A stretch of DNA of 64,000 nucleotides from Desulfosudaceae bacterium (lineage in GTDB: Bacteria > Desulfobacterota > Desulfobacteria > Desulfobacterales > Desulfosudaceae): contig CAXXDV010000003.1 in NCBI GenBank assembly GCA_963674745.2, forward strand, positions 480,001 to 544,000. Reading direction: 5' to 3'. Positions 32,506 to 42,248 of the stretch are shown piece by piece. Numbering within the stretch: position 1 is the stretch's first letter; each line of letters begins with the position of its first letter. The notes under the pieces were generated by a model. The model had not been told where the DNA came from. It did not search any database and saw only the letters and a list, made by a program, of their open reading frames with translations. The position numbers and the translations under genes were made by a program.

Positions 32506-34283
32506 GTATTCTTCCGGTAAATCGCCACCCCGAACCCCTTGCTTTCAAAAGGGATGGCGCCGATCACCTGTTTCAGGTGATAGTGTTGCTGTATCCAGTT
32601 CATTAACCTTTTTCCGTAGTCCACCCCGAAAAACGGATGGCCGTAATCGGAAGCGTTCCGGCCGATAATTACGACATAGTCCACATTATTGGCGGACAGG
32701 TCCTCGACCAGTTTGTCATAGCCGATGTATTGCAGCACGGGTGGCATGAAATTACAATATTTTAAGGGGTTTTCCCGGTCGGAAAAGAAATTGATGCCGA
32801 TGCCTTCCGGAAACACGGCCACTGTCGCTTCCGGCCTGGTGTTGTGGCGCAGCCAGGCAATTGTTTCATGAACGGTTCGGGTCTGAACATTGTCGGGCCA
32901 GATGAATGTGCCCTTTTCGGTGATCATTTTGGCGGTTCGTTTTTGATAATAGGCGTTGGCCCAGGTCCCGTAATCAACAGCCGGAAAAATCAGAAAGCCG
33001 ATAAAAACGGCATAAAGAAGGGGCCGTGGCGTCACGGGAAGGCGGCACAGAAGAAAATCACCGATTACCTTGAATACGATTAAATGGTAGCAGACCAACC
33101 CCACAACCACCAGGTAAAAGCCGTACAGCCCGGGGCCGTTTTTCAGCAGCACGCGAAAAGCCAGCAGCAGGGCGACCAGAAAAAGACAGAACAGTTGAAG
33201 GTGATACCCGTCCGCATTTTTTAAAAACTTCCGGCCGTAGTAGAAAATGCCCACTGCCAGAAACAATGGCAGGCAACGGTATTGAATGCCATACAGCAGG
33301 GCGGGGGTGAAAAGGAAGATCAACGCCAGGCCGGCAATGCCTGCCGGCAGAAAGGGCAGGGCCGTGGCGCCTGATTTAAAGAACCGGGCAATCCCTGCCG
33401 CACACAATCCGAGTAAGGAAAACAGCACAAGGGTAAGCAGTGACGACTTGCAGATTATCTTCAGACTTTTAAAGACATTTTCTGTCCCCATGACCATCTT
33501 CTGAAAAGAATCGTCCTTCATAAACAGGGCCGGGCCGATAACGGATTCTTTGAATCCACTCCAGGCATCGAAGTGACATATGAACAGGCCATAGCCGATG
33601 ATTCCTGCGATAACCGGGCTCGCCAGCGTCAGCCACAGTCTTAAGCGGCGCTGTCCCGGGTTTTTGACAGCCAGAAGCCCGCCGGTGAACATGAATCCCG
33701 TCCAGACCAGCAGCGGCTGATCGACCCGGCAGAACAGGGCCATGCTCAGGCAGGCAGCCCAGCCGTTCAGCATTGCCTGGCGGCCGGATTGAATAAACCG
33801 GAGAAAAAAGAAGACCGCATAAAGCGTAAACAAAAAAAACAGCGTGGAGGCGAAACTGTACGGCAGTATGAAGTTAAAGTTGTTGTTGCCGGTATAATGA
33901 CCGAAAGCAAACACCAGAAAGAAAATGATAACCGTCAGCACGGAAACAACCCGGTCAAGAAACAGACGGCTGATCAAATACAGGGCGGCCGCTGTCAGGA
34001 TGGTGATAACGACACCCAGCCCCACCAGGGTATGCTCATGTACCCCGAACAGTTTGAATAACAAGGCCTGGAAATAGGGCGGGAAAAAGCCGTATTCGTA
34101 AAACACATCGCGGTATAGGATGTGGCCGTCCAGGAGCTTCATGGGGATCCAGAACTCCCGAAAGGTATCGACGATCAGGTCTCCCCACTTCATCCATGTC
34201 CGGTTCAGCAGAAACAGAAAACAAGCGGACATGGCCGCCAGGGCGATAAGTGAATTTATATAATCAGATCTTTTTTTCAGCAT
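32502..34283 (-). CDS. GT-C fold membrane glycosyltransferase (ArnT/PMT-2-like)
   Basis: WGDLIVD..RE..LYRDV..YG..PY first loop, about 12 TM segments and a C-terminal extracytoplasmic domain; overlaps the start of the downstream rSAM gene. Confidence 0.7.
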   Translation of the reverse strand: MLKKRSDYINSLIALAAMSACFLFLLNRTWMKWGDLIVDTFREFWIPMKLLDGHILYRDVFYEYGFFPPYFQALLFKLFGVHEHTLVGLGVVITILTAAALYLISRLFLDRVVSVLTVIIFFLVFAFGHYTGNNNFNFILPYSFASTLFFLFTLYAVFFFLRFIQSGRQAMLNGWAACLSMALFCRVDQPLLVWTGFMFTGGLLAVKNPGQRRLRLWLTLASPVIAGIIGYGLFICHFDAWSGFKESVIGPALFMKDDSFQKMVMGTENVFKSLKIICKSSLLTLVLFSLLGLCAAGIARFFKSGATALPFLPAGIAGLALIFLFTPALLYGIQYRCLPLFLAVGIFYYGRKFLKNADGYHLQLFCLFLVALLLAFRVLLKNGPGLYGFYLVVVGLVCYHLIVFKVIGDFLLCRLPVTPRPLLYAVFIGFLIFPAVDYGTWANAYYQKRTAKMITEKGTFIWPDNVQTRTVHETIAWLRHNTRPEATVAVFPEGIGINFFSDRENPLKYCNFMPPVLQYIGYDKLVEDLSANNVDYVVIIGRNASDYGHPFFGVDYGKRLMNWIQQHYHLKQVIGAIPFESKGFGVAIYRKNT

Positions 34284-34319
34284 GCTATTTGATCGGTTTT
34301 TTGTTTTTGTCACACCGGC

Positions 34320-34565
34320 CGACCTGGATCCCGGAGGACCGATTCAAACCCCGAACCCCGAACCTTGAACCCCGAACTCCCTGTACGGGCGACCGGCGGG
34401 TCGCCCCTACGGACCGTGGCGGGTGTCCATGAATAATGTAGGGGCAGGCCCCCGTGCCTGCCCGGTGAAGGGCACCCACAGGGGGGTGCCCCTACATGCG
34501 CAAAAAACCCCGCACCCCGCACCCCGCACATTGAACCCTGAACCCCGCACCTTGAACCTCAAACC
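34320..34565. repeat. REP cluster with 122-bp module and heptamer repeats
   Basis: Module 34387-34508 is near-identical to 36816-36938 and 45091-45212. Confidence 0.9.
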
Positions 34566-35768
34566 TCAATTCTTTTCAATAAATTTCTCCAGTACATCCA
34601 GCAGATACTGCATCTCGTCCAGGCCCAGGCCGTCATGAACGCCTACGTGAAGGCCGTTGCCACCGGCATACTCGGCATGGGGAAAATCCCCCGGCCGGTG
34701 GCCGCAAAATTTGAAACTGGCGCATTGGGTCGGCATGGCTTCAAACAGGGTCCGGGTTTCGATACCGTTTTCTTCAAGGTACTGCATCAGGTCGTTTCTG
34801 GAAAACCCGGCCGCCCGGCCCACGATGATGGGAATGGCATGGGGCCCGATCCGTTCATCCGGCTGCTCCTTAATCGTGGCCAGCAGGGGCGAAAACCGGT
34901 CAAACCGATCCAGCACATACATCAGGTTGGCCCGCCGTTTTTCAAGAATGTCAGGGTAGGCTTCAATCGTTCCCAGCCCCACAGCAGCTTCCAGTTCGTT
35001 CATCTTGCTGGAAAACCCCACCCGGCGGGTGATAAAACGGATGTCCGTTCCGTCCTTGAAGCGATCCGGGCAGTATCCGGAGGAAACATTAAGCTGGCAG
35101 ATGCGGCAGTCACAGGCCCGGCCGTGGGACCTTAAAGACCTCAGGATCCGGGCCAAAGATTCGTCGTTGGTGGTCACGATGCCGCCTTCACCCGTACTGA
35201 CCAGGTGGGCCACATACAGGCTGAACGCCCCCATATCGCCCATGGATCCGGCAGCCTGCCCTTTGTAAAGGGTGCCATGGGCCTCGGCGGCGTCTTCAAT
35301 TACACGAAGGGAATGCCGCCCGGCAATATCCCTGACCTTATCCATATCGGCCGGTTTTCCCATCAGGTGGACCGGCATGATGGCGCGGGTTTTTTTTGTA
35401 ATGGCCGCTTCGATTTTATCCGGATCGATGTTCAACGTGTCCGGATCGATATCGACGAAAACCGGTGAAAAACCGGCATGCAAAACGGCGTGACCGGTGG
35501 CGACAAACGACAGGGCCGGAATAATGACCTGGTCGCCTCTGTGCGCGCCGAAATCATAAAGGGTTGCCATGGCCAGGGTGTCGGCGTCTGTTCCACTTGC
35601 AACGGCAACTGCCTCTTTGACGCCGATCAGTTCCGCGAAACGGTCTTCAAACTCCCGTACCAGCTTACCGTTACTGATTCTGCCGGTGTCAAGGACTTCG
35701 GCGATCAGGCGTTTTGATGTGTCCTGAATGGTTATATTACCGAAAGGCAGGTGCTTGCCGGGTTTCAT
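34566..35768 (-). CDS. DegT/DnrJ/EryC1/StrS family PLP enzyme; His-type, probably a nucleotide-sugar 3-dehydratase
   Basis: IEDAAEAHG; FSLYVAHLVSTGEGG has His at the usual Lys position; Cys-rich insert HGRACDCRIC..C. Confidence 0.85.
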   Translation of the reverse strand: MKPGKHLPFGNITIQDTSKRLIAEVLDTGRISNGKLVREFEDRFAELIGVKEAVAVASGTDADTLAMATLYDFGAHRGDQVIIPALSFVATGHAVLHAGFSPVFVDIDPDTLNIDPDKIEAAITKKTRAIMPVHLMGKPADMDKVRDIAGRHSLRVIEDAAEAHGTLYKGQAAGSMGDMGAFSLYVAHLVSTGEGGIVTTNDESLARILRSLRSHGRACDCRICQLNVSSGYCPDRFKDGTDIRFITRRVGFSSKMNELEAAVGLGTIEAYPDILEKRRANLMYVLDRFDRFSPLLATIKEQPDERIGPHAIPIIVGRAAGFSRNDLMQYLEENGIETRTLFEAMPTQCASFKFCGHRPGDFPHAEYAGGNGLHVGVHDGLGLDEMQYLLDVLEKFIEKN

Positions 35769-35811
35769 TCGTATGACTCCATGTGTTTTATTGAACAGTA
35801 ATGACGGGTAA

Positions 35812-35960
35812 TTAAGGGCATCTCTAAAAATTAGAATTTTGGTTCGAGGTCAAGGCGTGCGAGAATTTTAACCACAGGAATACTTGAAGTATTTCGAGGA
35901 TTAAAATTTGAGCACAACGCCGACATCGGGCCAAAAGGCAATTTTTAGAGGTGCCCTTAA
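35812..35960. mobile_element. ~145-bp palindromic MITE-like element
   Basis: Terminal inverted repeats TTAAGGGCATCTCTAAAAATT ... AATTTTTAGAGGTGCCCTTAA with imperfect internal dyad symmetry. Confidence 0.75.
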
Positions 35961-36062
35961 CCTAATAAACGTCATCCGGGGGAAGGTTGTCAAGTGCTTG
36001 AATCGGGCCGAAGACCTGAAAAAGACGCGATTTTTTTGGTGAACACGGAAAATGAATTTTTC

Positions 36063-36091
36063 TTGACGGATGATTTATTAAAGATTATAAT
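36063..36091 (+). promoter_or_regulatory. Sigma70-type promoter
   Basis: TTGACG-17 bp-TATAAT upstream of the 36170 ORF. Confidence 0.65.
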
Positions 36092-36169
36092 ATATTATAA
36101 CTTAATCCGGTTGTGCCCGTCTTTTGCGCGGGTTTTTTTTATGAAACTGATTTGATAATTTGGTGAAGA

Positions 36170-36700
36170 ATGACTGGAAAAACCACTAAAGCCAGATCCA
36201 GAAAGGCTGAAAAAAATATTCCGTTTGATCTCGACCACACTTTTTCGGGAAAAAAGAAGAAACGCGCGAAGCCTGAAGAAAAAGCTGTTGAGCCGGAATG
36301 CCTGCCCGCCAATAACACCAAAAGACTCTGGAAACGCTATGCCTTAAAGCAAGGCGCCTTTGTCATGATCTATCGATCTTCGAAGATGAAACTGGGCAAG
36401 CCCGTAATGGTCAAGTTGGGCCCGATAAAAGATATCAGCATGAGAGGGCTGGCCGTTCAGTATGTGGACCATAAAAACATCCTGCGCGATATTGACGAGA
36501 TCGCCATTGCCCTGTCTGACGGCACGGTGGTGTTGGATAAAATCAAATTCAGGCCGATCAGGGATTTTGAAGTCGGGCGGATGCCGAGGCTCGGAACCAT
36601 CCGTACACTGTGCATTAACTTTCACAACCTGCTGCCGGCCCAGAAAGTCCACCTCGAGCGGTTTATCGACGAGCATGCCTGTGAAATGGCGCTGGATTAG
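36170..36700 (+). CDS. PilZ-domain protein
   Basis: RLWKRY (RxxxR) and DISMRG (DxSxxG) motifs. Confidence 0.7.
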   Translation: MTGKTTKARSRKAEKNIPFDLDHTFSGKKKKRAKPEEKAVEPECLPANNTKRLWKRYALKQGAFVMIYRSSKMKLGKPVMVKLGPIKDISMRGLAVQYVDHKNILRDIDEIAIALSDGTVVLDKIKFRPIRDFEVGRMPRLGTIRTLCINFHNLLPAQKVHLERFIDEHACEMALD

Positions 36701-36779
36701 CCCGGGGCTTTTTCTATCCGTCGCTCAATGGTTTCCTGTGAGATTCCTCTGTTTTTAATATGTGATCTCGATAATAGCC

Positions 36780-37005
36780 CCCGGCCGCCCCTACGTCCGT
36801 GGCATCCGTGTGAGAGGGCGACCGGCGGGTCGCCCCTACGGACCGTGGCGGGTGTCTATGAATAATGTAGGGGCAGGCCCCCGTGCCTGCCCGGTGAAGG
36901 GCACCCACAGGGGGGTGCCCCTACATGCGCAAAAAACCTCGCCCTCCGCCCTCCGCACCCTGAACCCTGAACCCTGAATTTTGAACCTTGAACCTTGAAC
37001 CCCAA
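36780..37005. repeat. REP cluster with 122-bp module
   Basis: Same module as 34387-34508, with GAACCYT heptamers. Confidence 0.9.
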
Positions 37006-37093
37006 ATATGATAGAAAAAGCGTAAAATATGGATCGGGGTTTTGCCTGAATCCGGTAACCGTGTAATACCTGTTGTAATGCGGAGGCAAAGGA

Positions 37094-37942
37094 ATGAAGT
37101 ATATCGGCGCCCATGTCAGCATAGCGGGTGGCGTGGAAAACGCCCCCCTGAATGCAAGCCGGATAGGGGCCCGGGCCTTCGCCCTGTTTACAAAAAACCA
37201 GCGCCAATGGAAGACCAGGCCTTTAAGTGAGGCATCAATCAAGGCCTTTCGAAAAAACTGCGACGATCATGGCTTTCTTCCGGCCCATATTCTTCCCCAT
37301 GACGGATACCTCATCAACCTCGGGCATCCGGACAAAGACGGCCTGCACAAATCAAGAACGGCCTTTGTCGATGAAATGTCCCGCTGCCGGCAACTGGGGC
37401 TGTGTTATCTGAATTTTCACCCCGGCAGTCATCTGGGACGAATGAACGATAACGACTGTTTGGATCGAATTGCCGAATCTGTTAATATGGCCCTTGATGA
37501 AACCGAAGGCGTGACGGCCGTTATTGAGAACACGGCCGGACAGGGAAATAATGTGGGCTTCAGGTTTGAGCATATGGCCCGTATGATAGACGCCGTGGAG
37601 GATAAATCGCGGATCGGTGTCTGCCTGGATACCTGCCACGCCTTTGCCGCCGGTTATGATTTGCGGACCCGTAAGGCCTATGAGCAAACGATGACGGATT
37701 TTGATAACATTATTGGATTTACATTTTTAAAAGGCGTTCACTTAAATGACGCCAGGGTTGATTTTGACAGCCGGGTCGACCGGCATGAAAGCCTCGGTGC
37801 CGGATCCCTCGGGCTGGCGCCTTTTCGTTTTCTGATGAACGATGCCCGGTTTGATGATATCCCCATGATTCTTGAGACGAAAAACAGTGATATCTGGGCG
37901 GAGGAGGTCGCATTACTTTATAGTTTTGAAAAACAGGATTGA
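37094..37942 (+). CDS. nfo: Endonuclease IV
   Basis: [34 protein letters not shown] and DRH metal-ligand motifs. Confidence 0.97.
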   Translation: MKYIGAHVSIAGGVENAPLNASRIGARAFALFTKNQRQWKTRPLSEASIKAFRKNCDDHGFLPAHILPHDGYLINLGHPDKDGLHKSRTAFVDEMSRCRQLGLCYLNFHPGSHLGRMNDNDCLDRIAESVNMALDETEGVTAVIENTAGQGNNVGFRFEHMARMIDAVEDKSRIGVCLDTCHAFAAGYDLRTRKAYEQTMTDFDNIIGFTFLKGVHLNDARVDFDSRVDRHESLGAGSLGLAPFRFLMNDARFDDIPMILETKNSDIWAEEVALLYSFEKQD

Positions 37943-37958
37943 GGTTTGAGGTGCAAGG

Positions 37959-38025
37959 GTAGGGGCGACCCGCCGGTCGCCCCTACACGGTTGCCACGGG
38001 CGTAGGGGCGACCGGCGGGTCGCCC
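37959..38025. repeat. Two GTAG REPs
   Basis: GTAGGGGCGACCCGCCGGTCGCCCCTAC and GTAGGGGCGACCGGCGGGTCGCCC. Confidence 0.85.
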
Positions 38026-38078
38026 TCTCACACGGTTGGTATTTTGAATTGTCAAGACGTTGAGATGTTGAGGCCATT

Positions 38079-38426
38079 TTGAAAGAAAGCGAGACAGGCG
38101 AAGCCACAGGCCGGGAAAGACGAACTGAAGCCCGGGAAATTATAAACGAATTTTACAGTGTTCAGTTTTTTGTCAAACACCTGGACGCTCTGTTTCAGTT
38201 CGTTCTGTGGGATATCTCACCCAACGGCATGTGCATCCTGATCGATAATGACTCGGAGGCCTTATACCATCTGGCAGTAGGGGATGTGTTTAAAATTAAA
38301 TATTATCCCCGGGACCTGTATGGGGAAACCATGATATGCAGAACAGAAATAAGGCATATCACCAAAGGCAGTGGCACCCGGTTTACAGATTACCATATGG
38401 TCGGACTGAAAATACTGGGAAGGTAA
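38079..38426 (+). CDS. PilZ-domain protein
   Basis: ERRTEAR and DISPNGM motifs. Confidence 0.7.
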   Translation: MKESETGEATGRERRTEAREIINEFYSVQFFVKHLDALFQFVLWDISPNGMCILIDNDSEALYHLAVGDVFKIKYYPRDLYGETMICRTEIRHITKGSGTRFTDYHMVGLKILGR

Positions 38427-38474
38427 GGCTTGAGCAACGTTTGCAGGGAGTCGGACATAATTAGGGGGGAGATT

Positions 38475-39317
38475 ATGGGCGTTTTAGACAATAAAAAGGC
38501 AATTGTGACCGGCGGCGCCATGGGGATCGGGCGGGCCACGGCCAGGTGCTTGCTGGAAGAAGGCTGTGACGTCACGATCTGGGATATGAATCAGGAAATG
38601 CTGGCGGCGACCGCGGCGGAGCTGAGCTCCCTTAACCGCGGAGCGGTTTACGCTCATCAGTGTGACGTTACGGACCGGGAGCGGGTGCTTACCCTGGCCG
38701 AAACAGCCGAGCAGGAAATGGGGCGGGTTGATATATTGATCAACAACGCCGGCATCGAAAAACACGGCCGGTTCTGCGAGGTGCCGCTGGAAGTCTGGGA
38801 ACAGGAGACGGCCGTCAATCTTTATGCCATATATTACACGACTCACGCCATTCTGCCCGGCATGTATCGCAGAAATGAAGGGCACATTGTCAACATCTCT
38901 TCGGCGGCCGGTTTGATCGGGGTCGCGGATCTGGCGGTTTATGCCGCCACCAAGTGGGCGGTATTCGGGTTCACCGAGTCGTTGCGGGCCGAGGCGGCCA
39001 TGGACAAGAAAAATGTTTTGTTTACGTCGATTCATCCGCATTTTGTCAAGGAAGGGTTGTTCTCCGGCGGACGGCTCAATTTTCTGGGTGAATTGCTGGT
39101 GCCGCGCATCCGGACACATGAGGTCGTGGCCCGGGCCATTATTAAAAAAGCCCTGAAAAAGAAACAAAACACCGTCAAGATTCCAATAACACTTCATCTG
39201 GGCGTATTTTTCCGGGGTATACTGCCGGATCGCTTGCTGCAGATGATGACCGTTCGGATGATGGGGGTTGGCAACTGCACGGAAAACATGGTCGGATACG
39301 AAGATGAACAAAAATAA
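38475..39317 (+). CDS. Short-chain dehydrogenase/reductase
   Basis: TGGAMGIG, INNAG and YAATK motifs. Confidence 0.92.
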   Translation: MGVLDNKKAIVTGGAMGIGRATARCLLEEGCDVTIWDMNQEMLAATAAELSSLNRGAVYAHQCDVTDRERVLTLAETAEQEMGRVDILINNAGIEKHGRFCEVPLEVWEQETAVNLYAIYYTTHAILPGMYRRNEGHIVNISSAAGLIGVADLAVYAATKWAVFGFTESLRAEAAMDKKNVLFTSIHPHFVKEGLFSGGRLNFLGELLVPRIRTHEVVARAIIKKALKKKQNTVKIPITLHLGVFFRGILPDRLLQMMTVRMMGVGNCTENMVGYEDEQK

Positions 39318-39891
39318 CGTTAAATGTGACAATCAGATGAGACAGCCCGGGAAATGCCGCAGTCTTACCGCGCTGTGGGTTTTTATTTTTTGTGCCGGGT
39401 TGGTGCTGCCGGCCGGCCCTGGTGCAATCCCTGCTCTGGCAGGTGATTGTAAGGTGGGCGTTATCGATACCGCCATGATCGTCTTAAAGTCCAAATATGG
39501 CGAGGAGATCAGGGCCGGTTTCGCCGAGCATATGGAAGATCAGCGCCAGGCGCTTGAAAAAAAACGGGTAAAAGCGGAAAGGAAGAAAAAAAGGCTCATT
39601 CAGGCAAAAAAGGACGGTAAAAGTGAGAAGGCGCTTGAAGAGCTGAAAAAAGATCTGGAGAAAGACATCAAGGAATTGGCCTTGATGAAAGAGAATATGG
39701 ATAATACGTTGGTGAAAATGGATAAAACCCTTCAGACCAAAATGAAAAAACGGGTTCACATTGTTCTGGATCAGTTTGTCGCTGCCACGGATTATTGTAT
39801 TGTCATTGAGAAACATCGCGTTGCCGCTTTTTCCGAAAAGGTCGACGTAACCGATGTGTTCATTAAATGGATGGACAGCTACAAGGAATGA
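39304..39891 (+). CDS. skp: OmpH/Skp family periplasmic chaperone
   Basis: Signal peptide, KVGVID..S..G, long coiled coil and C-terminal DVT; start uncertain. Confidence 0.75.
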   Translation: MNKNNVKCDNQMRQPGKCRSLTALWVFIFCAGLVLPAGPGAIPALAGDCKVGVIDTAMIVLKSKYGEEIRAGFAEHMEDQRQALEKKRVKAERKKKRLIQAKKDGKSEKALEELKKDLEKDIKELALMKENMDNTLVKMDKTLQTKMKKRVHIVLDQFVAATDYCIVIEKHRVAAFSEKVDVTDVFIKWMDSYKE

Positions 39892-40652
39892 TCCGGCCAC
39901 TGCTTGCGGCCTTTCCGGTTCATCTTTTTCCGCTCCCGCTTCCAGTCCGCGTCTTTTTTCTTCTTTTTCCCCGGGCTGTTTGAACTGCCGGGTTCCGGCC
40001 GGGGCGGAAGGAATGTCCCGGCCCGGTTCTGTGTGCCCTCAAGCGGTTGATCGGCCGGCGGATTAGCCCGTTTTGGCGTCTGTTTTTTCTCTCTTTCTTT
40101 GGGCAACGCCGGCCCGGTAAAGCCGTCCGCCGGTATGTAATCCGCCAGAAAAAGATTCTCGCCGACTTGATAGAATACGGCCCCTTGTGCTTCCGCTTTT
40201 TCCGTGTGGACTGTCAGCGTGACCGGATTTTCTGTTTTACGGCGCCCGATTTTTTCGGCCAGTTCGGGGTCGGCAAACAATATCACCCGGCTGTGGGATG
40301 ACGGGGAAATGCCTTTCTGGCGCACATGGGGATAAGCCTTCTGCCGGACATACGTAAAAAGACATTTCGGGGGCGCCTGGCAAAAAACAGGCTGCGGCAG
40401 TTCCTGCCATTGCCTCGAACGGATGTCGTTCCCGCTGATTTCAAAAGGCACCTCGGGCAGGGTGATGGCCAGTTCGTTCAGGGTGGCAGTTCGGACATGG
40501 CGCCACCCGTCTTCATCATGCAGTGCCTGCAGAAGATCTTTGGTTTTGACAAAACCGTTCTCATCCGGGATCAGCCCGAACTCGCCGGGTGCTTTCCCCA
40601 GCATATAGGCAATGACTTTTGAAAGCCGTTTATTCTGTTTCTGATCAGCCAT
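39879..40652 (-). CDS. kptA: RNA 2'-phosphotransferase (KptA/Tpt1)-like protein with a degenerate active site
   Basis: LSK.IAY.L..P..FGL.PDENGFV, A..IGRR..P..L.V and GA.FY..N.FLA..IP motifs; Lys-rich tail. Confidence 0.7.
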   Translation of the reverse strand: MADQKQNKRLSKVIAYMLGKAPGEFGLIPDENGFVKTKDLLQALHDEDGWRHVRTATLNELAITLPEVPFEISGNDIRSRQWQELPQPVFCQAPPKCLFTYVRQKAYPHVRQKGISPSSHSRVILFADPELAEKIGRRKTENPVTLTVHTEKAEAQGAVFYQVGENLFLADYIPADGFTGPALPKEREKKQTPKRANPPADQPLEGTQNRAGTFLPPRPEPGSSNSPGKKKKKDADWKRERKKMNRKGRKQWPDHSL

Positions 40653-40776
40653 GACCGATTTCCAAAGCCTTCAGTTTTTACAGAGGCCGTCCGATATCCT
40701 TGACCGCCATGCGGTTTTTCTGCTATCTGTAAGCCTGTAGAACAATCATGTCAAGTCGTAAAGGGGGAAAAGAAAG

Positions 40777-42060
40777 ATGAAAAGACAAGCGTCTGAAGCA
40801 TTATTTGAAAAAGCGGTCAAGCTGATTCCGGGTGGCGTCAACAGTCCCGTCCGGTCATGCAAGTCGGTCGGTGGCCGGCCGTTATTTATCAACGGGGCAA
40901 AAGGCGCTGAGATTGTCGATGCGGATGGCAATTCTTATATTGATTATATCGGTTCCTGGGGGCCTATGATCGTCGGCCACAATCATCCCCAGGTGCTGGC
41001 CGGCGTCGAGGCCGCCCTGAGCCGGGGCATGAGTTTCGGCGCGCCCACGGATCTTGAAGTGGAACTGGCCGAAATGGTTGTTGCGGCCGTGCCGTCGATT
41101 GAAATGGTGCGTATGGTCAATTCCGGCACCGAAGCCACCATGAGTGCGGTCCGGCTGGCCCGGGGCGTTACCGGCCGCGATGTGATCGTCAAATTTGACG
41201 GCTGTTATCACGGTCATGCCGACACCCTGCTGGTCAGCGCCGGATCCGGAGTGGCCACCCAGGGCATTCCCGGAAGCCCGGGTATCCCCGCAGATGTCAT
41301 TAAAAACACCCTTTCCCTTCCCTATAATGATGCAAAAGCCGTCACCCGGTTGTTTGCCGAACGCGGTCATACCATTGCCGCCGTGATTGTCGAACCGGTG
41401 GTCGGTAATATGGGGCTGGTGACCCCGGCGGCCGGTTTTCTGGAAACCCTGCGGCAGGAAACCCGTCAACACGGCAGCCTGCTGATATTTGACGAAGTCA
41501 TGTCCGGCTTCCGGGTGGCCTACGGCGGCGCCCAGGAAAGATTCGGCATCATGCCGGATATCACCTGCCTGGGCAAGGTGATCGGCGGCGGTATGCCGGT
41601 CGGGGCCTACGGGGCCGGGAAAGACATTATGCGGCATATTGCGCCGGAAGGCGATATTTACCAGGCCGGGACCCTGTCCGGAAACCCGGTGGCCATGGCC
41701 GCCGGCATCGCCTGCCTGAAATTGCTGCAGCAGCCCGGTGTGTATGACGAGCTGGAAAATATGTCCCGTATCCTGATAACAGGCCTCAAACGGGTCGCTG
41801 ACGAGGCCGGCATTCCGGTTCAGGTAGACTGTTGCGGTGCTATGCTGGGCATGTTTTTTTCCGATCAGCCGGTAACCGATTTCAAAAGCGCCAAAAAGAG
41901 CGACCTTGATCGCTTTGCCGCCTATTACCGTGGTATGCTCGAGCGGGGTATCTTTTTAGCGCCGTCCCAGTTTGAGGCCTTTTTTATTTCCACGGCCCAC
42001 ACCAGGGTGGACATAGACAAGACCCTGGACGCGGCAAAAGCGGTCATGGCCGGATTGTAG
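40777..42060 (+). CDS. hemL: Glutamate-1-semialdehyde 2,1-aminomutase
   Basis: PGGVNSPVR, NSGTEATM, FDEVMSGFR, LGKVIGGG and PSQFEA motifs. Confidence 0.98.
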   Translation: MKRQASEALFEKAVKLIPGGVNSPVRSCKSVGGRPLFINGAKGAEIVDADGNSYIDYIGSWGPMIVGHNHPQVLAGVEAALSRGMSFGAPTDLEVELAEMVVAAVPSIEMVRMVNSGTEATMSAVRLARGVTGRDVIVKFDGCYHGHADTLLVSAGSGVATQGIPGSPGIPADVIKNTLSLPYNDAKAVTRLFAERGHTIAAVIVEPVVGNMGLVTPAAGFLETLRQETRQHGSLLIFDEVMSGFRVAYGGAQERFGIMPDITCLGKVIGGGMPVGAYGAGKDIMRHIAPEGDIYQAGTLSGNPVAMAAGIACLKLLQQPGVYDELENMSRILITGLKRVADEAGIPVQVDCCGAMLGMFFSDQPVTDFKSAKKSDLDRFAAYYRGMLERGIFLAPSQFEAFFISTAHTRVDIDKTLDAAKAVMAGL

Positions 42061-42248
42061 GGGGCATGGCTGGAATTGTAGGGGCGACCGGCCGGTCGCC
42101 CTCGCACACGGGGCTGACGCCCTCCAGCACCCCGTAGGGGCACGGCGTGCCGTGCCCTTTTGCTTGCGCCCCGAATCCGAAAAACAGGGCACGGCACGCC
42201 GTGCCCCTACAATATTCCCGAACGGCCTCGAACCCTGAACCCTGAACC
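42057..42248. repeat. REP cluster
   Basis: Three GTAG palindromes between convergent genes. Confidence 0.85.

Noticed and set aside
36113..36140. Rho-independent terminator before the PilZ gene
   Set aside because: The stem is only about 4 bp before the T run, which is too weak to call.
38484..41637. Long antisense ORFs over the SDR and hemL genes
   Set aside because: These are the usual shadows of GC-biased coding genes.
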